DNA of 42,338 nucleotides. Origin: Actinomycetota bacterium (GTDB taxonomy: Bacteria > Actinomycetota > Actinomycetes > Nanopelagicales > Nanopelagicaceae). The stretch is taken from the NCBI GenBank assembly GCA_041179685.1, contig JBEGSV010000023.1, positions 1-42,338 on the forward strand, in the 5' to 3' direction. Positions 11,728-21,376 of the stretch are shown here, one piece after another; the first letter of the stretch is position 1, and every line of letters starts with the position of its first letter. The notes under the pieces were generated by a model. It saw nothing but the letters and a program-made list of their open reading frames with translations. It did no database searches and was not told the DNA's origin. The translations under genes and the position numbers were made by a program.

Positions 11728-12024
11728 GTGGCAACAGATTACGACACACCCCGTAAGACCGATGAGGAATTACACGAGGAATCCCTTGAAGAACTCAAGG
11801 CGAAGCGAGCCGATGCACAATCTGGTCAAATTGATGTCGACGAAGCAGAGGCTGCCGAGAATCTCGAACTTCCAGGTGCTGATCTCTCAGGAGAACAACT
11901 TGCTGTTCGCGTTGTCCCTAAGCAGGTAGATGAATTCACATGCTCACGATGCTTCTTGATTCACCATATGACACAACTCGCTAAGGGTGAAGGCGCAAAA
12001 GCAATCTGTAAGGATTGCGCTTAA
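11728..12024 (+). CDS. DUF4193-type actinobacterial protein with C-terminal Cys zinc ribbon
   Basis: MATDYDTPRK start; EFTCSRCFLIHH...CKDC; GTG start after AGGAAGG. Confidence 0.85.
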   Translation: MATDYDTPRKTDEELHEESLEELKAKRADAQSGQIDVDEAEAAENLELPGADLSGEQLAVRVVPKQVDEFTCSRCFLIHHMTQLAKGEGAKAICKDCA

Positions 12025-12464
12025 CTCTTGAGGGCAGCTGCAAGAGCCTCAGGTCTCTTGCTTGAGATCAACCAATACGGTGTTGGATCTCGTTCATCTA
12101 TAACTTCAACTTTGACTCCTTGAGAGATCCAGAAAGTTATTGCAAAGAATGCCGCAGGATCTGCGCCTCGAGTGCGCTCAAAACCAAACTTTCCCTTAGG
12201 AATAACTGTCACCGCGCCAAGGTGAGCAAGTGGAATATGAGCCCTTTTGATGACGAGTTCGCCACCTTTAATCTCTATCGTCGAGGTCATCGCGTGAACT
12301 ATCGCCGCCTGCAGAGCCAGTGAGATTGCAAAGGCGTTTATTGCGGCGTTGTTATCAAAGGCGGCCCAAATCGCAATCACAATCGAGAAGAGCATGAAGT
12401 AGATGAAGCAGATGAGCCACAATGGGGGGCGAATCACTTCTTTAAAGACCAGGTTTGCGCTCAC
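12021..12464 (-). CDS. DUF3093-type membrane protein
   Basis: Two TM segments; DERDPTPYWLISSKRP motif; typical neighbour of DUF4193 and dut. Confidence 0.8.
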   Translation of the reverse strand: MSANLVFKEVIRPPLWLICFIYFMLFSIVIAIWAAFDNNAAINAFAISLALQAAIVHAMTSTIEIKGGELVIKRAHIPLAHLGAVTVIPKGKFGFERTRGADPAAFFAITFWISQGVKVEVIDERDPTPYWLISSKRPEALAAALKS

Positions 12465-12505
12465 GGTTCTAGGGTAGTGGCTATCTCATCAAGTAGCCTT
12501 ATCTC

Positions 12506-13090
12506 ATGAGCCGAGTAGCCAGTACAACGCCGCCGTCAGGTGCAATTATCCCGGAACGTCACCCCGAATCTCCGGCCACTGGATCTGAATTACCTTCACA
12601 CTTTAAACACTGTTTTGGCTGTGGAGATCTCCACCCAACTGGGTTGCACCTCAAGGCTCGGGTGGGCGAGGGCTTAACGATCTCTGCCCAATTTACAGTT
12701 ACCGAGAACCATCAAGGGGCACCAGGCTTAGCCCATGGCGGACTTCTCTCACTTGCCTTTGATGAAGCGCTCGGAAAGTTGATGTGGTTACTTCGCGCTC
12801 CTGCAGTTACAGCGAGACTTGAAACAGATTTTCTTATGCCAGTTCCTATCGGTACCACTCTCTACATCACAGCTGAGATTGTGGGACAGCAGGGGCGCAA
12901 GGTTTACTCAGTAGCTACAGGTCGCCTTAATGGAGTTGATGGACCCATTGCAACGCGAGCATCATCACTCTTTATTATCGTCCCAATGAACCACTTCCTC
13001 GATAATGCTCCAGCTGAATACATCGCAGCGATTAAGAGCAACCCAGAGTTAGCGGCCTTCGTCGATCCAGAATTTAATATCAATCCATGA
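12506..13090 (+). CDS. PaaI-family (hotdog) thioesterase
   Basis: CFGCG and HQGAPGLAHGGLLSLAFDEALG motifs. Confidence 0.85.
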   Translation: MSRVASTTPPSGAIIPERHPESPATGSELPSHFKHCFGCGDLHPTGLHLKARVGEGLTISAQFTVTENHQGAPGLAHGGLLSLAFDEALGKLMWLLRAPAVTARLETDFLMPVPIGTTLYITAEIVGQQGRKVYSVATGRLNGVDGPIATRASSLFIIVPMNHFLDNAPAEYIAAIKSNPELAAFVDPEFNINP

Positions 13091-13530
13091 GCAACGTGCA
13101 GGTGTTGATCACCAGACTTGATCCCGAACTTCCACTCCCGCGTTATGCCAAAGGTGGAGATGCCGGTGCAGATATCTACTCGCGAATTGATATCACTCTT
13201 GCCCCGGGAGAGCGGGCGCTTGTTCCTACAGGAATATCAATCGCGCTTCCTGACGGATACGTTGCACTCGTTCATCCACGTTCTGGTCTAGCCATCAAAC
13301 ATGGTGTGACGATGGTCAATGCGCCGGGCACAGTTGATGCCGCATTCCGCGGAGAACTTCAATGCATCATGATAAATCACGATCAAAAAGAATCGGTCAC
13401 CTTTAAACGAGGCGATCGCATCGCACAGCTTGTTTTCCAAAAAGTTGAGCGAGCAGAGTTTATTGAAGTGCAATCACTGCCAGGTTCAGGTCGTGGCGGC
13501 GATGGCTTCGGATCCACCGGGCGCGCATGA
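13087..13530 (+). CDS. dut: dUTP diphosphatase
   Basis: DAGAD, PRSGLA, GTVDAAFRGE, RGGDGFGSTG. Confidence 0.96.
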   Translation: MSNVQVLITRLDPELPLPRYAKGGDAGADIYSRIDITLAPGERALVPTGISIALPDGYVALVHPRSGLAIKHGVTMVNAPGTVDAAFRGELQCIMINHDQKESVTFKRGDRIAQLVFQKVERAEFIEVQSLPGSGRGGDGFGSTGRA

Positions 13531-14144
13531 GTCAAGAAGAAGATCGCGAGAAAGTTCTATCAGCCTTTGGCGGCAAACGAGGACTTATCGATACCGGAAT
13601 TCCATCTGTTCTCTTCCTCGTCATCCTCAATCTGCGCGATGATCTCCAAGATGCTCTCTATGCCTCCATTGCAATTTCACTCGTCTTAACTTTCATACGC
13701 TTGGCCCGTCGCGAGACCGTGCAACATGCATTTAGCGGCCTCATCGGCGTCCTCATCAGCGCTTGGTTTGCCAATCGCACCGGGAATCCAAGCGATGTCT
13801 TTCTTCCAAAGCTGCTGACAAACCTTGGATATGGAACCGTCTATCTCATCGCTAATCTCGCCGGTTGGCCAATATTGGGGCTTATGCTCGGGCCAATTCT
13901 TGGTGAGAACTTACTCTGGCGCCATGATCCAGCGCGTAAGAGGGCTTACCTACTTGCGAGCTGGCTCTGGGTGGGAATGTTCTTCCTCCGTATCGCAGTG
14001 CAGTACCCAATTTATCGAAGTGGAAATGTCAATCTCTTGGGCACCGTTAACTTAGCGATGGGCTATCCACTATTTCTGGCTACGGGTTATGGAACGTGGA
14101 TGATTCTCAAGAGCGTACCAATTACCAAACACCATCAGGGCTGA
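13527..14144 (+). CDS. DUF3159-type membrane protein
   Basis: GGKRGLID start, multiple TM helices; position between dut and trkA. Confidence 0.75.
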   Translation: MSQEEDREKVLSAFGGKRGLIDTGIPSVLFLVILNLRDDLQDALYASIAISLVLTFIRLARRETVQHAFSGLIGVLISAWFANRTGNPSDVFLPKLLTNLGYGTVYLIANLAGWPILGLMLGPILGENLLWRHDPARKRAYLLASWLWVGMFFLRIAVQYPIYRSGNVNLLGTVNLAMGYPLFLATGYGTWMILKSVPITKHHQG

Positions 14145-14160
14145 GCCCTACAACCGAAAT

Positions 14161-14823
14161 CTAGCTCTTTGCAATAAAGCAATCTTTGAGCTGTCCCTCT
14201 GCAATGGCAGAGGCGACAAAGAGGAGCTCATCACCGGCTACAAAGACATCAGTCGGCGCTGGTGTCAGCACGCGTCCATCGCGAACAATTGCAGCAAGTG
14301 ATGCATCATCAGGAAGAGTTACTTCTTCGACTGTCTTGCCAATACATGTTGATGAATCAGGAAGGGTTAACTCAACGAGATTGGCCTGACCCTTTCGGAA
14401 TGAGAAGAGACGTACAACGTCACCGACGCTTACCGCTTCTTCAACAAGAGCGGCGATGATGCGTGGGGTAGATACAGCGACGTCGACACCCCAGGAGTGA
14501 TCGAAGAGCCACTCATTCTTTGGGTGATTAATGCGAGCAACAACGCGTGGAACTCCATACTCTGTCTTTCCAAGCAAAGATGCAACGAGATTTACCTTGT
14601 CATCACCAGTGGCTGCAACTAGAACCTGACAATCATTGAGGCTTGCCTTATCAAGTGATGCGATTTCGCATGCATCGGCCATGAGCCATTCGGCATCAGG
14701 GACAGACTCGAGTTTGAGAGCTTTAGGATCACGGTCAATCAGTAGAACTCGGTGACCATTATCGAGAAGTTCACGTGCGATTGCACGACCCACATTTCCA
14801 GCACCAGCGATTGCAATACGCAT
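14161..14823 (-). CDS. trkA: TrkA-family RCK potassium uptake regulator (CeoC-like)
   Basis: IAIAGAGNVG, ATGDDKVNL, TrkA-C domain. Confidence 0.9.
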   Translation of the reverse strand: MRIAIAGAGNVGRAIARELLDNGHRVLLIDRDPKALKLESVPDAEWLMADACEIASLDKASLNDCQVLVAATGDDKVNLVASLLGKTEYGVPRVVARINHPKNEWLFDHSWGVDVAVSTPRIIAALVEEAVSVGDVVRLFSFRKGQANLVELTLPDSSTCIGKTVEEVTLPDDASLAAIVRDGRVLTPAPTDVFVAGDELLFVASAIAEGQLKDCFIAKS

Positions 14824-14827
14824 TGAA

Positions 14828-15487
14828 TTAAGCCTCCGGTGACTTTCCTAGAATTGCCTCAACTTCGGCAAGCTTCTCGTCGCGAACCATTACGTGAATC
14901 AAATCGCCATCTTGCAAGACGGTGCTCTCATCAGGGATGAGTCCCTCGCCAAGTCGAGTGAGGAATGCGACGCGAAGATCTGCCGCCTTCTCGATATCGA
15001 CGATCGCAGAGCCAAACCAATCGAGGTGGGGATGAACTTCGGCGAGCTGAACAGTTCCGCTGGCATCACGCCATTCTGAACGCGAACCTTCGGGGGTCAA
15101 TCGGCGCATAATCTGGTCTGTCGCCCAGATAACGGTAGCCACGGTAGGAATACCAAGGCGCTGATAGATTTCAGCGCGACCTGGGTCATAGATACGAGCT
15201 ACAACATTGGAAACGCCATAACTTTCGCGTGCAACGCGAGCTGCCAAGATGTTGGAGTTATCGCCATTGCTCACAGCAGCGAAAGCATCTGCGCCCTCAA
15301 TGCCTGCTTCGAGCAAAGTATCTCTATCGAAACCCACGCCTGTGACGGTGCGACCCTTGAAATCAGGGCCAAGTCTGCGAAAAGCCTCTTTTGATTGATC
15401 GATGACTGCAACTGAATGGCCGTTGGCTTCTAGCTCGATTGCGAGCAGTGACCCCACGCGACCGCAACCCATGATGACTACGTGCAT
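14828..15487 (-). CDS. trkA: TrkA-family RCK protein (CeoB-like)
   Basis: VVIMGCGRVG, GDNSNI, VARIYDP. Confidence 0.9.
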   Translation of the reverse strand: MHVVIMGCGRVGSLLAIELEANGHSVAVIDQSKEAFRRLGPDFKGRTVTGVGFDRDTLLEAGIEGADAFAAVSNGDNSNILAARVARESYGVSNVVARIYDPGRAEIYQRLGIPTVATVIWATDQIMRRLTPEGSRSEWRDASGTVQLAEVHPHLDWFGSAIVDIEKAADLRVAFLTRLGEGLIPDESTVLQDGDLIHVMVRDEKLAEVEAILGKSPEA

Positions 15488-15518
15488 GGGGATAACTTAC
15501 TCCCTTACTCTTATCTCT

Positions 15519-16742
15519 ATGACCGAATCAACGAGAAAAGCGCTCCAAATCGGCGAAATTCTTCGGGTGGAGATTGAGAAGGTCGCTCACGGGGGCCATT
15601 TCATCGCACGCCATGAGGGCGCCGTAATCTTCGTTCGTCATGCGATTCCGGGCGAGATTGTTGAGGTTGAGATCACGGGGCTCGATAAATCTTTTGCTCG
15701 AGCAGATGTTATTGCTGTGATTGAGGCAAGCCCTGAGCGCAGGAATGCACCGTGCCGCTTTGCCGGCAGTTGCGGCGGATGCGACTTCCAGCATATTGAT
15801 ATCGCTTACCAGCGTGAATTGAAATCAGATGTCATTGCAGAACAATTTGCTCGTATTGCAAAGATGGAGATTGATATCGAAGTTGAAGAAGTTTCCTCGC
15901 CGCTACATTGGCGTACTCGTTTTGCAGCATCCACAAATAACAGGGGCGAAGCTGGATTCAAGGGATCACGGAGCAATGAAGTTATTCCAATTTCAACGTG
16001 TCCGGTATTGATACCTGAGATTGATTTTCCGTCGCTACCTCATGATCAGATCTCGGCTGATCAAAGAATCGAAGTAGCGCTGGATACTACTGGGGAGCGA
16101 ACTGTTGCAACTCTCAGCCAAAGATCTAGTCGCAACGCTGAACGAGCCCTACCAAAAATTATCGAAGGTAAAAATCAACTTCACTACACCGTTGGTGAAT
16201 TCAATTACAAAGTGAGCCAATCTTCTTTTTGGCAGAGCAATATCAACGCCCCCGAAGCGCTTGTGGATGCCGTCCTTGCATTTGCTGAGTTCAAAGTCGG
16301 CGATCATCTCTTAGATCTCTATGGGGGAGTCGGGCTCTTTGCAGGCGCCGCACTTCCGATTATTGGAGCTGGAGGTCGAGTCGATATTGTGGAGGGAAGC
16401 TCCTCTGCGACGGCAGATGCTCGAGTCAATTTCAATGGCGGCGAAAATGTTTTCATCCATACCGGTGATGTCGCAAAGGAGATCCGAAAGTTCAAACGTG
16501 CTGATGTGATTGTGCTTGATCCGCCACGCACGGGTGCTGGAAAACCTGTAATAGAGAAGGCGGTGCAGTTAAAAGCCCGTGCAATCATTTATGTTGCATG
16601 CGATCCAGCGGCCCTGGCTCGTGACACCACGTATCTCAATAGCGGTGGCTACCACCTTCAAGCAATCCGCGCCTTTGATCTCTTTCCCATGACTCACCAC
16701 ATCGAATCTATTGCGCTCTACACCCCTCGTGAGGTATCTTGA
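15519..16742 (+). CDS. TRAM-domain RNA m5U methyltransferase (RlmD/TrmA family)
   Basis: TRAM N-terminus, CRFAGSCGGC Fe-S motif, LDLYGGVGLF, LDPPRTG, YVACDP, FDLFPMTHHIE; start moved to ATG 15519 because the longer ORF overlaps trkA. Confidence 0.9.
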   Translation: MTESTRKALQIGEILRVEIEKVAHGGHFIARHEGAVIFVRHAIPGEIVEVEITGLDKSFARADVIAVIEASPERRNAPCRFAGSCGGCDFQHIDIAYQRELKSDVIAEQFARIAKMEIDIEVEEVSSPLHWRTRFAASTNNRGEAGFKGSRSNEVIPISTCPVLIPEIDFPSLPHDQISADQRIEVALDTTGERTVATLSQRSSRNAERALPKIIEGKNQLHYTVGEFNYKVSQSSFWQSNINAPEALVDAVLAFAEFKVGDHLLDLYGGVGLFAGAALPIIGAGGRVDIVEGSSSATADARVNFNGGENVFIHTGDVAKEIRKFKRADVIVLDPPRTGAGKPVIEKAVQLKARAIIYVACDPAALARDTTYLNSGGYHLQAIRAFDLFPMTHHIESIALYTPREVS

Positions 16743-16753
16743 CGTCAAGATAC
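16734..16753. promoter_or_regulatory. Perfect 20-bp palindromic operator upstream of acnA
   Basis: GTATCTTGAC|GTCAAGATAC; contains -35-like TTGACG. Confidence 0.8.
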
Positions 16754-16774
16754 TTTTAAGAATAGGTGCGCGCC

Positions 16775-19432
16775 ATGAGCAAGAACTCACTCGGTACAAA
16801 GAAGAACCTCAATGTTGCAGGTAAAGAGTTCGAAATCTTTGATATCTCGAAGGTCGAAGGGGCTAGCGATCTACCGTTCTCGCTCAAGGTGCTTCTCGAA
16901 AATCTCTTGCGCACTGAAGATGGTGCAAATATCACAGCAGATCACATCAAGGCGCTTGCTCAGTGGGATCCCTCTGTCGAGCCAGATACAGAGATTCAAT
17001 TCACGCCAGCACGTGTAGTGATGCAGGACTTCACAGGCGTTCCTTGTGTAGTAGATCTTGCGACCATGCGTGAAGCAATTGTCGAACTCGGGGGAGATGC
17101 TTCAAAGGTAAATCCACTCGCACCAGCAGAGCTCGTTATCGACCACTCTGTTATCGCTGACTTTTACGGCACAAATACATCTTTTGAACAGAATACCGAT
17201 GTCGAGTACGAGCGTAACCGCGAACGTTATCGCTTCCTACGCTGGGGCCAAGGCGCATTTGATGAGTTTAAGGTTGTGCCACCCGGAACCGGAATCGTTC
17301 ACCAGGTAAATATCGAATACCTAGCACGTGTCATCATGACTCGTGAAGTAAATGGAGTTCTCCGCGCATACCCAGATACCGTTGTAGGTACAGATTCTCA
17401 TACAACAATGGTCAATGGCCTTGGTGTCCTTGGTTGGGGTGTAGGTGGAATCGAGGCAGAGGCTGCACTTCTCGGCCAGCCAGTGTCAATGCTGATCCCA
17501 CGTGTCGTTGGATTTAAGTTAAAGGGCGAGCTTCCAGTCGGAACAACGGCAACAGATATGGCGCTCGTTATTACAGAGATGCTCCGTAAGCATGGAGTTG
17601 TCGGCAAGTTTGTTGAATTCTATGGACCTGGCGTTACAGCAGTTCCAATGGCAAACCGAACCACTATCGGAAACATGTCTCCTGAGTACGGTTCAACCTG
17701 TGCAATCTTCCCAATCGATGAAGAGACGCTCCGATATCTTCGACTTACCGGTCGCAGTGAGGATCAGGTTGCACTTGTCGAGCAATATGCAAAGGCACAG
17801 GGAATGTGGTTCGACCCAACTGCGACACCACGTTACTCAGAGAATCTTGAGCTAGACCTCTCAACAGTTGTCTCTTCAATTGCAGGTCCAAAGCGTCCAC
17901 AGGATCGCATCTCGATCTCAGAGTCAAAGAAGAAGTTTGAAGAAATTCTTCCTACCTACCTCTCAGATAAGACCGGAAAAGATTCTTATCCAGTCTCAGT
18001 CGGAGCAAATAAGACAACGGTAAAGAATGGCGATGTCGTTATCGCCTCAATCACTTCATGCACCAATACCTCAAACCCATCAGTGATGATTGGGGCTGCG
18101 CTCCTTGCTAAGAAGGCAGTAGAGAAAGGCTTAACTTCAAAGCCTTGGGTGAAGACAACTCTCGCTCCTGGCTCGAAGGTAGTGACTGATTATTACGATC
18201 GCTCTGGACTTACCAAGTACATGGAGGCGCTCGGCTTCAACCTCGTTGGTTATGGCTGCGTCACCTGTATCGGTAACTCTGGACCACTTCCAGTTGAGAT
18301 TAGCAAGGCTGTCAACGAGCATGACCTTGCAGTAACTGCCGTTCTCTCAGGTAACCGAAACTTTGAAGGTCGCATTAGCCCGGATGTGAAGATGAATTAC
18401 CTTGCATCACCTCCACTGGTTGTTGCTTATGCAATCGCAGGAACAATGGATCATGATTTTGCCAACGATTCACTGGGCAACGATCAGGATGGAAATCCAG
18501 TTCTCCTCAAAGATATCTGGCCATCTGCACAAGAGATTCAAGATGTAATTGATTCTTCAATCTCATCTGAGATGTTCAAGAAGGATTATGCGAGCGTCTT
18601 CGAGGGCGATCATCGCTGGAAGTCGCTTGATACCCCAACTGGAAATACCTTTGAATGGGATCCAAAGTCAACCTATGTTCGCAAGCCTCCTTACTTTGAA
18701 GGTATGCCGGCGCAGCCAACTCCAGTAAAAGATATTGCTGGTGCTCGCGTTCTTGCTATCTTGGGTGATTCGGTTACAACAGACCACATCTCTCCTGCGG
18801 GAAATATCAAGGCAGATTCACCTGCAGGTAAGTACCTTGAGGTAAATGGCGTAGAGCGCAAAGACTTCAACTCATATGGATCACGTCGCGGAAACCACGA
18901 GGTAATGATTCGTGGAACATTTGCAAATATCCGATTGAAGAATCTCCTACTCAATGGAGTCGAAGGCGGCTTTACCCGCAACTTCCTCAACAATGGCGAG
19001 CAATCAACTATTTATGATGCATCTGTTGCATACCAAGCAGCGGGCGTTCCATTAGTGATCTTGGCTGGCAAAGAGTATGGATCGGGTTCTTCCCGTGACT
19101 GGGCGGCAAAGGGCACAGCCCTTCTTGGAGTGCGTGCTGTGATTGCAGAGAGCTTCGAGCGAATTCACCGTTCAAACCTAATCGGTATGGGCGTTCTCCC
19201 ATTGCAATTTGTCGATGGCCAGAACGCTGTATCACTTGGCCTCACCGGAGAAGAGAGATTTACTATCTCGGGAATTACCGCCCTCAATGAGGGTGGAATC
19301 CCGAAGGAGGTTCAGGTCACAGCGGGGGATAAGAGCTTCGCAGCGAAGGTACGTATCGATACACCGGGCGAGGCTGATTACTATCGCCACGGCGGAATCA
19401 TGCAGTACGTGCTCCGTTCATTGCGCGGTTAA
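16775..19432 (+). CDS. acnA: Aconitate hydratase
   Basis: [39 protein letters not shown]. Confidence 0.97.
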   Translation: MSKNSLGTKKNLNVAGKEFEIFDISKVEGASDLPFSLKVLLENLLRTEDGANITADHIKALAQWDPSVEPDTEIQFTPARVVMQDFTGVPCVVDLATMREAIVELGGDASKVNPLAPAELVIDHSVIADFYGTNTSFEQNTDVEYERNRERYRFLRWGQGAFDEFKVVPPGTGIVHQVNIEYLARVIMTREVNGVLRAYPDTVVGTDSHTTMVNGLGVLGWGVGGIEAEAALLGQPVSMLIPRVVGFKLKGELPVGTTATDMALVITEMLRKHGVVGKFVEFYGPGVTAVPMANRTTIGNMSPEYGSTCAIFPIDEETLRYLRLTGRSEDQVALVEQYAKAQGMWFDPTATPRYSENLELDLSTVVSSIAGPKRPQDRISISESKKKFEEILPTYLSDKTGKDSYPVSVGANKTTVKNGDVVIASITSCTNTSNPSVMIGAALLAKKAVEKGLTSKPWVKTTLAPGSKVVTDYYDRSGLTKYMEALGFNLVGYGCVTCIGNSGPLPVEISKAVNEHDLAVTAVLSGNRNFEGRISPDVKMNYLASPPLVVAYAIAGTMDHDFANDSLGNDQDGNPVLLKDIWPSAQEIQDVIDSSISSEMFKKDYASVFEGDHRWKSLDTPTGNTFEWDPKSTYVRKPPYFEGMPAQPTPVKDIAGARVLAILGDSVTTDHISPAGNIKADSPAGKYLEVNGVERKDFNSYGSRRGNHEVMIRGTFANIRLKNLLLNGVEGGFTRNFLNNGEQSTIYDASVAYQAAGVPLVILAGKEYGSGSSRDWAAKGTALLGVRAVIAESFERIHRSNLIGMGVLPLQFVDGQNAVSLGLTGEERFTISGITALNEGGIPKEVQVTAGDKSFAAKVRIDTPGEADYYRHGGIMQYVLRSLRG

Positions 19433-19459
19433 GCGGGTCAACCGCTTAGACTTCTCTCT

Positions 19460-21376
19460 ATGCTCGAATCTCTCAACGGTCCGCAAGACCTCAAGACGCT
19501 CAGCCCTGCTCAACTAGCAGAGCTGGGCGAAGAGATCCGCGCCTTCTTAGTCGAGAAGGTCTCACGCACAGGTGGCCACCTCGGCCCCAACCTTGGCGTA
19601 GTCGAACTCACTCTCTCGATCCATCGAACATTCGATTCACCAACGGATCTCGTACTCTTCGATACCGGCCATCAATCGTACGTTCATAAGATTGTGACTG
19701 GTCGCGCCGCAGATTTTGACGCTCTTCGTCAGCGTGGGGGTATCGCCGGATATCCCAATCGTCGCGAATCAGCACACGATGTCATCGAAAATTCACATGC
19801 CTCTACAGCGCTCTCCTGGGGCGATGGAATCTCGCGTGGCTTTGCACTCACCGGTCAGAAGGATCGGCATGTAGTCGTCGTTGTCGGCGATGGTGCACTC
19901 ACCGGGGGAATGTCATGGGAGGCGCTCAATAATATTGCGACAGCTGGAGAGCGAAAGCTGGTCATCGTCGTCAACGATAACGAGCGATCATATTCACCAA
20001 CGATCGGTGGATTAGCAGCCCACCTCTCTACCCTTCGGATGACTCAAGGTTACGAACGTTTCCTTGATTGGGGTAAAGAAGTTCTTCAAAAGACACCTGT
20101 GGTCGGCGCTCCTATCTTTGAGACCCTTCACGGTGTAAAGAAGGGCATTAAAGATATTGTCGCTCCACAAGGTATGTTTGAAGATCTCGGCCTTAAATAT
20201 ATTGGCCCGATCGATGGCCATGACATTGCAGCGATGGATCGCGCGCTAGAACAGGCGAAAGAGTTCGGTGAACCTGTTTTAGTTCACGTCATCACCGAAA
20301 AAGGTCGTGGCTATAGCCCAGCGGTTGCAGATGAGGCAGAGAAGTTCCACGCAGTTGGAATTGTTGATCCTGAGACCGGTGCGCCAATTAGTGCCAGTAA
20401 GACTTCATGGACTGATGTCTTCTCAGATGAACTCGTAGAGATTGGTAAGAAGCGTAGCGATATCGTTGCAATAACAGCAGCGATGCTCGGACCTACCGGC
20501 CTAGATAAATTCCAGAAGGCATATCCAGATCGCACCATTGATGTTGGAATCGCAGAGCAACATGCCGTGACAAGTGCAGCCGGAATGGCATATGCCGGAC
20601 TTCATCCAGTTGTAGCGGTCTACTCAACATTCCTTAATCGTGCCTTTGATCAGCTATTGCTCGATGTTGCACTTCATGGTGCTGGAGTCACCTTTGTCTT
20701 GGATCGTGCAGGAGTCACCGGAGATGATGGACCTTCACACCACGGAATCTGGGATCTCGCTCTCACTGGAATCGTTCCAACGCTCGCAGTGGCAGCTCCT
20801 CGAGATGGTGCGCGCCTTCGCCAAGCCCTTACTGAAGCGGTTGAAATCAATGATCGCCCCACACTTCTTCGCTTTCCTAAGGGCGCAGTCCATAGCGATA
20901 TTCCTGCATTTGAATCACGCGATGGAATCGATGTCCTGTATCGCGGCGAGAGCGCGGATGTATTGCTCGTCAGTATCGGCGCAATGGCCCCACTTGCAGT
21001 TGAAGCAGCTTCTCAGGCATACCGTGAAGGCGTTGGAGTAACTGTTATCGATCCACGTTGGGTCAAGCCACTTCCCGCCTCATTGGTAACAATGGCTCAG
21101 CGTTACAAGAGCGTTGTCGTCATTGAGGATGGAATCCGCCATGGCGGAATCGCATCATCACTCTCTGAAATGTTCCGCGATGCACGACTTGAAGTTCCAG
21201 TGCATAGCATCGGTGTACCACTTGAATTTATCGAGCACTCTAAGCGAGCAGAGATCCTAGAAGATCTAGGAATCACTGCTCAGCAGATTGCTCGTGAAAT
21301 TGTTGAGTGGAGCTCTACTTCAGTACCGATGCAATTCCCGGAGCATGGAAACGCTGACCAGAAGCAGACTCGCTAA
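19460..21376 (+). CDS. dxs: 1-deoxy-D-xylulose-5-phosphate synthase
   Basis: [42 protein letters not shown]. Confidence 0.96.
   Translation: MLESLNGPQDLKTLSPAQLAELGEEIRAFLVEKVSRTGGHLGPNLGVVELTLSIHRTFDSPTDLVLFDTGHQSYVHKIVTGRAADFDALRQRGGIAGYPNRRESAHDVIENSHASTALSWGDGISRGFALTGQKDRHVVVVVGDGALTGGMSWEALNNIATAGERKLVIVVNDNERSYSPTIGGLAAHLSTLRMTQGYERFLDWGKEVLQKTPVVGAPIFETLHGVKKGIKDIVAPQGMFEDLGLKYIGPIDGHDIAAMDRALEQAKEFGEPVLVHVITEKGRGYSPAVADEAEKFHAVGIVDPETGAPISASKTSWTDVFSDELVEIGKKRSDIVAITAAMLGPTGLDKFQKAYPDRTIDVGIAEQHAVTSAAGMAYAGLHPVVAVYSTFLNRAFDQLLLDVALHGAGVTFVLDRAGVTGDDGPSHHGIWDLALTGIVPTLAVAAPRDGARLRQALTEAVEINDRPTLLRFPKGAVHSDIPAFESRDGIDVLYRGESADVLLVSIGAMAPLAVEAASQAYREGVGVTVIDPRWVKPLPASLVTMAQRYKSVVVIEDGIRHGGIASSLSEMFRDARLEVPVHSIGVPLEFIEHSKRAEILEDLGITAQQIAREIVEWSSTSVPMQFPEHGNADQKQTR

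Noticed and set aside
15402-15518. N-terminal extensions in the ORF track (also 32452-32712, 35081-35122, 27943-27978)
   Set aside because: They overlap neighbouring genes or promoters; downstream ATGs match family starts and -10 or coupling signals
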